A DNA stretch of 64,000 bases from the human T2T-CHM13v2.0 reference genome, Homo sapiens: assembly GCF_009914755.1 (NCBI RefSeq), contig NC_060942.1; one strand, 5' to 3'. Shown piece by piece: positions 52,739-64,000 of this stretch. The notes under the pieces were generated by a model. The model searched no databases. It was not told the DNA's origin and saw nothing but the letters and a program-made list of their open reading frames with translations. A program made the translations under genes and the position numbers. Positions within the stretch are counted from its first letter, which is position 1, and each line of letters begins with the position of its first letter.

Positions 52739-53654
52739 GCTATAGCTTTTCATGGAATATCTGCATTTGCACATACCTCTCCTCTGCATGACATTCTTCT
52801 TTCATTCACCCAGTTGTTTTCTGCTCTTTCTGGTGCCTTCTTTTTCTTTAAGCAACATTTATTCAAAGAAGTCATCACCATGGAGGCTTTTCCTATATGC
52901 TCAGGGCTACAAAATCAGCTTTTCACATCATTTTCCCCTTGGTATCTTCCTCCTCCTCCTCCTTCCTCCTTTTGTCTTCTATTCCTAGAAGTCTGTGGCT
53001 TTTCATAGTTTGGGGATTTTGTTGTTGTTGTTTTGACAGAAGAATTAAGGTCACACATGTATTTAATGCCCTGAGCCAAGTAGTGTCTTTTCCCAAAGGC
53101 CACAGAGCTTTGCCTAGGTGCCTCTGCACCGTCATCACGCTCTCATTGACCTTCCTTTCTCTTCCTCCAGGTCCAGGGGAAGTAAAAATCCCAAATCAAA
53201 AATCCCCTTAAAGCTTTATTAAAATGAGAGCTAGAAAGAAAAAAAAGATTAAAATAAATAAATGAATAAATAAAGTAAGAGCTAACAGCTAATATTTATG
53301 ACGTGCTCACCATGTGCTGAGCATTCTACATAAATTCTGTCACTCCCACTTCACAGTACCTCCACGAAGTAGGTACAAATGCAAAAATCTCAGCCTCAGT
53401 GAGGGTAAGTGACTTGTCTGAGGTGCTCTGAGTACTGAATGATGGAACATTCATGTGTACCTAAACAGTCTGACCATGCAGCCATGCTCCAGCCACAGTG
53501 CAACGTGCAACACTGGTCGGGGGAGCTAACAAGGAGTTAACAAGGCAGTGAGTAACACTGCAGCTGTTACAAGAACCACTAGAAATCGTGGATTTGCAGA
53601 ATATCAACAATATTTTGTCCTTGTCTTGAAGGAAAGGTACTAGGGCTAGGATTA

Positions 53655-53804
53655 CTTTTTTTTTTTTTTTTTTTGAGACAAGGTATCGCTCTATCTCCCA
53701 AGCTCACTGGCTCACTGCAGCCTTGAACTCCTGGGCTCAAGCAACCCTCCCGCCTCGGCCTCCCTAAGTGTTGGGATTATGAGCATAAGCCATGGCGCCT
53801 GGCC
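53655..53804 (-). mobile_element. Alu monomer or internally deleted Alu
   Basis: Poly-T plus fused arm. Confidence 0.8.
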
Positions 53805-54984
53805 TACGGTTACTTTTAGAATGTCTTCTTTCAGGATTCTCTAGGTTTTACTCTAGGATTTGGCTGGAATAGAATGCTGGTAAAGCTACCTAAGGTTTAG
53901 GCCCCCAGGTGATTCCCGGTAGTGAGATTCTTAGCAACTTTCAGAACCCACATCCGTGCTTGCTCCCTTTTTACTACATCAGCCGCTGACTCAGGACCAA
54001 GCTTTATTTGGTCTCAGCAGCCACCTGAGAACAGCAGTTGCTCAGAATTCTGCCCTGGTTGCTGGGGTTTCTACCTAAGGCCCTACCCTGTCTGGTCCCA
54101 AAGGTTCCTCTTCTTGGATTCAAGCTAACCTTGGCCTGCATTGATTTGGATGTTACCTTTTCCCTATACCAGCTCCACCCTGGAAGTTTCTTTGGCTCAG
54201 ACTCCTAGAAAACCAGAAGCTGCCCTTGCCGTTGCCTTCTGTCCTTCTCAGTTTGTCCAAAATATTCCTCACCAAGCCATATAGGCTGGCTTGACCTTAA
54301 ATGAATTTCAGCCCCTCTTCACTATGCTGTTCAGTTGGCACCTGGCCTGTTCTCAGTGGGGCCTGGTGACCGCGATGGCAGGTGCCTCTCTTGGGGAACC
54401 CAACCGCCTTTCATGGGATCTTCCAACCCAACTGTTACTTCCTATTTGAAAGCTTTAGACCCAAGTAGGTCCACTACAAACTCTGTTTCCAGCCAGGGGG
54501 ACTTTTCTAATTCTCAGTTCATTTGCACAACAGAAATGACACCAAACCCAGTGGGTGTTCATGTCCCTCCCAGATCAGGTGACCAGCTCTGCAACCCCAC
54601 TCTCTTCCCCTGGTTCCTTCTGATGATTCACCTATGAGTTACACACCTTCCCCTGTGCTAGGGCTGTCCTCTAGCCTAGACCCTACCGAGATATTCTGAC
54701 AGTGTTGAGCCGTGCTTTTCACATTTCAGTCTTTCATTTATAGTGGTCACAATTTTTGTCATAGATAAATAAGTATCATCCGTACTATTAGTTATTTAAT
54801 GTATTTTTCTTTAAATCACTTAGTTTTTAACTTTAAACCCAATATTCTTCAGTGTTGCCCTAAATAATATTACCTTCAAGATCAGTGGTTGGATATGCTA
54901 GTTATATATTTACTTTTTTTTTTATTTTTTGTTTAGTTTTTTATTTTATTTGAATCATCCACCTCAAAATGTCACTAGTTATAT

Positions 54985-55285
54985 ATTTTCTTTTCTTTCT
55001 TTCTTTCCTTTTTTTTTTTTTTTTTTGAGACAGAGTCTCACTCTGTTGCCTAGGCTGGAGTGCAAACCTCCGCCTCCTGGGTTCAAGTGATTCTTGTGCC
55101 TCAGTCTCCCAAGTAGCTGGGATTACAGGCGTGCACCACCACACATGGATAATTTTTGTATTTTTGGTAGAGACGAGGTTTCACCATGTTGGCCAGGCTG
55201 GTCTTGGAACTCCAGACCTCAGGTGATCTGCCCACCTTGGCCTCCCAAAGTGCTGGGATTACAGGTGTGAGCCACCTTACCCGGC
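54985..55285 (-). mobile_element. Alu (AluS, small internal deletion)
   Basis: TSD ctagttatatattttc. Confidence 0.93.
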
Positions 55286-55612
55286 CTAGTTATATATTTT
55301 CAAACACACATTAACTAAACAAATAATTATAAGCACTGAGTCCATCAATGTCAATATGACACAACTTTTTTTCCAGGAAACACTCGCCCAGGAAAATAAG
55401 ACTGTAAGCCAATATGTAACTTGGCAATTTGCTTCAGAAAATTCCTGCAAATCAATGTATTTGGGCAGGCAGTTTGCTTACCTGGGCAAAGAGCTCGTTT
55501 ATTAGACAAGTTTACTCCTAAGGACCTTTGCCTCACATGCCTTCCAATCCTGAACGATTATGTCAGAAACTGAGCCCAACCCAACCCCAATCTGTTCTCA
55601 TGGTTTTGCCGC

Positions 55613-55710
55613 CTTGCCCAGACCGGTCTCAAACTCCTCAACTCAAGCAATCCACCTGCCTCGGCCTCCCAAAGTGCTGGGATTACAGGTGTGAGCCACC
55701 ACGCATGACC
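55613..55710 (-). mobile_element. Alu 5' fragment
   Basis: Left-arm piece only. Confidence 0.8.
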
Positions 55711-56358
55711 TGACATTTTATTTCTTTTTTAAATTTATTTTATTTTCATCTTTTTTCATTTTTTGTTCTGAAATTTCATATGTTCAACTGTTTACCACCT
55801 AAAATCATCTCATCCATTAGGAGTGGTAGGCACAGCAGCCTTTGATGAAACATTTCCCCTAAAAACACAATAAGAAAGTTCCTCTTCCAGCTCTCCACTG
55901 TCTCTCCCACGCCTTGCCTTTCTCCTCCAGTCTCTTATGTCCCTCCTCCTCCCACACCTTTACCATCAATGCCTTTTGCACCTGAGGTCTGCCTGCCTTC
56001 TATGACTCAGAAGGACATAAACTAAGGGAGAAGGTGATTTCCAGCAGATGAGCAGACAGTATTCCAGTGAGACTCATAAAGTGGTAAGCAACCTCTGTGC
56101 TTTGAAAACATTGTTAACTTAAAATGGAATACTAGACCATCATGGAGCTCATCGTGACACTGGCCACTGTGAAGCCAAATTTCAAGTACGGAAAGTCACC
56201 CAATACAGTGCAATGTCACTGCAATTTACACGATGTGATATGAGAGTCTGTACCAAGAAGGCTCCTCTGCCCCAAATTTCTTGCCTTTCATCCATTTTCC
56301 CCACAACTCACGGGTGTTAAAGGGCATAACATTTTAACTATAACTTAAGGGAAACTAA

Positions 56359-56669
56359 CTTTTTTTGTTTTGTTTTGTTTTGTTTTGAGATGGAGTTTTG
56401 TTCTTGTTGCCCAGGCTGGAGTACGGTGGCACTATCTCAGCCCACTGCAACCTCCGCCTCCCGGGTTCAAGCTATTATCCTGATTCAGCCTCCTGAGTAG
56501 CTGAGATTACAGGCGTGTGCCACCACACCTGGCTATTTTTTGTATTTTTAGTAGAGACAGGGTTTCACCATGTTAGCTAGGTTGGTCCCAAACTCCTGAC
56601 CTCAGGAGATCTACCCACCTCAGCCTCCCAAAGTGCTGGGATTACAGGCGTGAGCCACCACACCCGGCC
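56359..56669 (-). mobile_element. Alu (AluS)
   Basis: Antisense dimer. Confidence 0.95.
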
Positions 56670-56760
56670 AACTTCAACTTTTTAACTTTAACTTGAGCAC
56701 CACTTTTCTGGTCCTTCGAAGGCAAAAAAATCTGAGGAGATATGAGTATAGCAACCTTTG

Positions 56761-56925
56761 GGACCGGCACGGTGACTTGTGCCTATAATCCTAGCGCTTT
56801 GTGAGGCCGAGGCGGAGGGATGGCTTGAGGCAGGAGTTCGAGGCTGTAGTGAACTATGATCACACCACAGCACTCTAGCCTGAGGGACAGAGCAAGACCT
56901 TCCCTAAAAAAAATAAATAAAATAA
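56761..56925 (+). mobile_element. FRAM/FAM-like Alu monomer
   Basis: Single arm with A-tail. Confidence 0.8.
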
Positions 56926-57794
56926 TTTAAAAATTTTTTAAACTCAACCATTGGTATTTATGGATCACTTATAGTAGGTAGGATGTTTTCAAGGTCTCCA
57001 CTACAGTGCCTGTGTGCTTTGATTCTTAAAGAACGCTGTGAATGGTAGGTATTATTTTCCAGTTTACAAATGAATTAACCCAGGCTTCAAAAGGTTTGAT
57101 GATTTGCCTGAGGCCACACAGCTGGTAAGGGGCAGGCCATGGTTGCCTCACCAAGTCCCTGCCCCTAATGTTACTGGAAGTGGATCCATAACATAAAAAC
57201 AGCCTCTGGTGTTTCTGTAGCCCTCGTTGGTCTTATAGACTGCTCGTTCATTTTCTCATTTCCTCACGGGACACCCCCTTGAGGAGGCAAGCTGGGGGTA
57301 TTTTTAGCAATGGTTTGTCAGTTCCACTTCCTCTGGGATAAGCTGCAGCAGGTGGGCGAAGGAAGGAGAAAGCAGAGAGGGACGACTGAGGAGAGAGACC
57401 GCGTGGAAGGGAAGGCCGTCACTCCTCTCCAGGCCCGTCCCACTCACGCAGAACACTGTCCTGATATTTGGGCAGCAGGAGGGTGCCCTGCTTCGAGAAG
57501 GAAAATTACCAGGGACCCGTGTGCTCTGTGAAATATGTAAGGCTCTACACAAGGAAGGAAAGCAGTTCCACTGAGATTGGTAATAAATAACATAGTTGTA
57601 AACAGAGTAAGAGAATAGAGTTAAGGGTCTCGCCAGACTGCCCCAAAAACAAAAAAAGTCCTTGTTGGGGTTCAGGCTCAGCTGTAGGCTTTAAATTGTT
57701 TAGGGATATTTACAGTTCTAAGATATAGAAATCTAGGGCAATGAAGGCTCCTGCAACTATTTAAATGGTATCTGTGAATTAGTGATTTATATTA

Positions 57795-58077
57795 TTTCTT
57801 TCTGTTTGTTTTTTTTTGAGACAGGATCTCACTCTGTGGCCCAGGCCGGAGTGCAGTGGTGCAATCATCAGTCACTGCAGCCTTGACGTCCCACCTCAGC
57901 CTCCTGAGTAGCTGGGACTACAGGCGTGAGCCACTGTGCCCGGCTAATTTTTATTTTTTGTAGAGACAGCGTCTCCCTATGTTGTGCAGGCTGGTGTCAA
58001 ACTCCTGGGCTCAAGTGATTCTCCCACCTCAGCCTCCCAAAGTGCTGAGATGACAGGCATGAGCCGTGGCACCTGGC
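57795..58077 (-). mobile_element. Alu (AluJ, internal deletion)
   Basis: Antisense dimer. Confidence 0.9.
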
Positions 58078-58361
58078 AACTCGTGCTATTTCTAATAGCT
58101 ACTTATGTTGAGCACCTACCATGAGGTGGGCACATCACCTATTGGCTTCTCATTTTCAGATTAGGATGCTGAAGCTCAGCTAGCAAGTTTCTGCATTGAA
58201 ATTCAAAACTAGGATTGTCTTGCTTGAATGGCTTTGCGTCATCATGATGGAACTTCCAGAGATCAGTCATATGTTACCCCAGCATCAAAGAGAAAAGAAT
58301 AGACTGGACTGGCGAGCATAGAGTTCCCATTTATGTGCCTCAAATTCCATCCCATTTACTA

Positions 58362-59015
<654 letters not shown>

Positions 59016-59283
59016 CTATATCTAGAATATATATATAGAATATATCATTCTATATATAAAAACCTGTTTATATACAAGAAAACCTAATTCATTTGAAATA
59101 CAAGGAGGATTTTAGCTTTAGTTTGATTTTTTAGAACAATAGAACAGAAGCTTCTAAACATTTTTGAACTTGACCTACAGAAAGAAAAGCCCTTTACATC
59201 ATGCCTCAGTATACACAAATACACATGTGTGCAACAGAAGTTTCACAGAGCAACACTTACTCTACCTGTGAGAAGCACTCTGA

Positions 59284-59612
<329 letters not shown>

Positions 59613-59684
59613 TAGATTCTAGTCTAATCTTTCTCTTTTTTTATTTTTGTTCATAGTCTTCCTTAATTATCTTTAAAAAAAAAA

Positions 59685-59935
59685 AGTGGTAAAAACGTAA
59701 CATGAGCTCCATCCTCTTCACAGGTTAAGTGTACAATACAATGTTGTAAACTATAGGCACAATGTTGCACAGCAGATCTCTAGAACTTATTCATCTTTAA
59801 TAACTGAAATTGTATCCCCTTGAACAACTCCCCATTCCCCCTTCCCCAGCCTTCCCCAGTAGCAATCACCATTGTACTCCTGGCTTCCATGAGTTTGACT
59901 ATTTTAGATATCTCCGGTAAGTGGGACCATACAGT
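59685..59935 (-). mobile_element. L1MA/MB 3' end fragment
   Basis: aagtgtacaatacaatgttgtaaactataggcacaatgttgcacagcagatctctagaacttattcatc. Confidence 0.85.
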
Positions 59936-59964
59936 GGAAAACAGTAAAGAGGTTCTTCAAATCA

Positions 59965-60745
<781 letters not shown>

Positions 60746-61030
60746 TAGATCTTTCCTTTTTTTGATGCTGCTCATATTGATATCAGGATCCACTAATACG
60801 TTGTTTCTACAACAATGGAACCTGAAGCCTGGGTCTAGCATTGTTTTGCCTGAAATGACACAGTATAGTAATTAAAGGTTCAAAAGTAAATAGGAAAGAC
60901 AGAGAAGGAGAAAAAGAGAAATTTAAAAACTTAATTACTGACGGCTACTCAGTGGAAATATTACCACCTTTATGCATTTTTAATTCTTGAAGAGATGCCA
61001 TTTATAAATGCTGCTTATTTTTTCCTACAG

Positions 61031-61107
61031 GCTGATCGAAGATGATGAAATGCCACATTCGCTTCAGTAAACAGACATCTCAAAGTCCAAAGGAAACAAA
61101 CTCAAAG
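61031..61107 (+). other. Candidate 77-nt non-coding internal exon
   Basis: Acceptor cttattttttcctacag|G and donor AAG|gttagt; stops in all three frames. Confidence 0.35.
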
Positions 61108-61206
61108 GTTAGTTCATTTGTGTCTCAAATAATATTCATCAGCTGGTTTGCTAACTAGGGCAAGTCTCTCTGAAGCAAATGCACGAAGGAACGCGGGTAT
61201 CATTAT

Positions 61207-61219
61207 CCACTAGGTGGCA
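61207..61219 (+). promoter_or_regulatory. CTCF core motif
   Basis: CCACTAGGTGGCA fits the consensus CCASYAGRKGGCR in unique sequence. Confidence 0.65.
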
Positions 61220-61591
61220 ATATAGAACAGGAGTAGCCTTAGCCTTAGCCTGTTTACTGACACGTGGGTGGTGTGAACCGCAAAAGAATTTCGAAATCCA
61301 GGACTCCCCAGTAATTCACATGGATTCAGACTGAAAGTTTACTCAGCGCTCCTGGCATGTTTCTGCCCTTTCTTGGAACAGCCCTGAATTTCAGCTTCAT
61401 TCTTGCTGACGGGCTGGTATTTAAAATTAGTAATATCCCTGGCTACTTCCTTGTGGCAATGTAGATGAACTGTTGCTGTGTAAAGTCAGAGCCATAGTGT
61501 TGCCTGTATTTATTAATGATCTACAAGGTAAGCATATGCCGTGAAGGTTTTATCTCTCGCCCCCTACCATCTAACAGCTTAAAAATACTGA

Positions 61592-61939
<348 letters not shown>

Positions 61940-63191
61940 CAATTTCTATATTTCTCAGTTGCTCTGCAAATTGTAAAGTCACTGGACATATTTGATTAAC
62001 ATTTTGGTTCTTGTTGTTCAACTGAAAAGGATGGTCTTCTCAAGTACATATTGGCAAGACATTTTCCCTGCAAGAACTAATAGTTGATAAGTTAGAAATG
62101 TATCATAAACAAAAATGTACATTTTATGCAATGTGATCATATTCTTTTGAAATAACCACATGTATGAGAGATTAAAATCCCCACAGGTAACGCTTGTTCA
62201 TAAAATTTCTTTATATTAACTTAGAAGTTTTACTTATTTTATAATATTTTTTGAAGTAGCTAAAGAGAAGACATTTATAAATGATTTTCTCTTGCTAATT
62301 TATGACATTTTTATATCATCTGAATCTTTATGAATACATATTACTTTTACAAACAGAAAAATAAAAGTGTTTTGTTATAGAATAATACATAACTATGAGA
62401 GAAAAACATGAATTTTAGTATGGCACAACCTAGAAAGTTATTACTAATGAGTCACATAATTTAAGTGCTAAGTTCATCTTGACCATGAATTGCTGATTTT
62501 GGAAATATTTTTGAATTTAGGTCACTTCTACCTATTCTTATCTATAATTAAGCATTCTTCTCAAAGTAGAAAGATCAAGTTGCTCATTATTCTTACTGTG
62601 AATACAATTAGTAAGACACCTAATAGTAGCACTTTCAGTTGTTAAAAACAGCAAAACCAGTATATCTAATATTTTTTGTTATTCTTTACACCACACAGTA
62701 ACTCACATCCATGTGGTGGTTCACAGGTTTATAGCATAAGAAGCATTCTCACTTACCTCTGCACCTTTCGTATTCCTAATAGATGTATGAAATGGGTGGG
62801 GCATCTATAGAGACTCTAAGATACAAACTTCTCCATGTAAGACCATACATCTACGCAGTCACAGAGCCGGGGAAGAACTAATCATTGATTCCGACTCAAG
62901 CTATTTGCCTTTCATTTCTGTGGGCCTGAAGCCTGTACCCATGAATGCTCCATACATGTTGATGAGGAAGAGGATGCCTTTTTACCAGGCATTCAATGTA
63001 CTAGATGCTCTTTGTTGCTTTTTCTTCATCTGCACGTGGGGAATGAGCTGGAGGGCGTGAAGAGGAGCACAGAAGGACAAGAGTAACCCAGAACAGACTG
63101 TGAGCACCCGTAATGCTCTCACTCCCAATGTGGAATGGGTTCTTCATAACAGCTCTGGGAGCATGGCAATATAGGTCTTATTCATGCTGAA

Positions 63192-63194
<3 letters not shown>

Positions 63195-63227
<33 letters not shown>

Positions 63228-63493
63228 AGACTGGCTTTCACTCTGTTGCCCAGGCTAGAGTGCAGTTGCACAATCATGTTTCACTGCAGCCTGGACCTCC
63301 AAGGCTCAAGCAAGCCTCTCACCTCAGCCTCCCAGGTAGCACCACCACGCCCAGCTAATTTTTGTGTATTTTTTGTAGAGACTGGGTTTCACCATATTGC
63401 CCAAGCTGGTCTCGAACTCCTGGGCTCAAGTGATCTGCCCGCCTCAGCCTCCCAAAGTGCTGGGATTATAGGTTTGAGCCTCTGCTTCCAGCC
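63195..63493 (-). mobile_element. Alu (AluJ, internal deletion)
   Basis: Long poly-T; flanks catgct(g/a)aatc. Confidence 0.93.
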
Positions 63494-63569
63494 CATGCTA
63501 AATCCTAATGCCATATTCATTTATCACATTGTCCATTACCTTTCAAATTCTATGACAGCATAGCCATGT

Positions 63570-63848
63570 GTTCATTCAATTGTGAAGTATTTGTTGAGCA
63601 TCTTCTAAGCACCAGGGACTATGTTCGATGCTGAGTCCAAAGTTGAGAGCAGCAGACAGGCTCCCTGCCTACGTGGAGTTTGGAGTCTAGCAGGAGAGAG
63701 ACATTACATAAAAAAGCACAAAGACACATAATTACTAATTCTACGGGGAAACAAAAGAAGAGGCTTTATGAGAGACACTAGCAGGAAAGAGACATAATTA
63801 GGATGGAGGAGGGGTGTGTCAGGAAGTTTTTCTCAAAAAGTATCATTT
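63570..63848 (-). mobile_element. L2 3' end
   Basis: ttcattcaa...tatttgttgagcatcttcta...ctccctgcctacgtggagtt. Confidence 0.7.
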
Positions 63849-64000
63849 AGGCTCGTCTCGTGGCTTACACCTATAATCTCAGCACTTTGGGAGGCTGAGG
63901 CAGGTGGATTGCCTGAGGTCAGCAGTTTGAAGCCAGCCTGGCCAACATGGTGAAACCCCATCTCTACTAAAAATACAAAAATTAGCCAGGCGTAGTGGTG
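63849..64000 (+). mobile_element. Alu running off the window end
   Basis: Left arm and linker. Confidence 0.93.

Overview
Primate (almost certainly human) genomic DNA, intergenic or deep-intronic. I find no protein-coding exon of a live gene and no RNA gene. More than 50 Alu or Alu-monomer copies are interleaved with L1, L2 and MIR fragments, MaLR, ERVL and ERV1 LTRs, hAT DNA-transposon fossils, a 5'-truncated SVA and a processed RPS4X pseudogene (about 7421-8575). Nearly all listed ORFs are Alu, L1 or LTR artefacts. I see no evidence of a new biological system in the sense of a gene cluster. The best second-look items are: (1) a 46-bp x 9.3 minisatellite that multiplies CCAAT and CRE-half sites just upstream of the TATA box of an LTR47-like LTR; (2) an LTR element with an MLT2-type 5' LTR, MaLR internal sequence and an MST/MLT1A-type 3' LTR inside one target-site duplication (TSD); (3) a near-perfect 55-bp-arm hairpin inside that element; (4) an Alu plus RPS4X retrocopy sharing one TSD; (5) an AP-1/ARE-rich GC island; (6) a candidate non-coding exon next to a strong CTCF motif. 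Repeat subfamily names come from recall of consensus sequences and need RepeatMasker/Dfam confirmation. Repeat boundaries are approximate unless a TSD is quoted.
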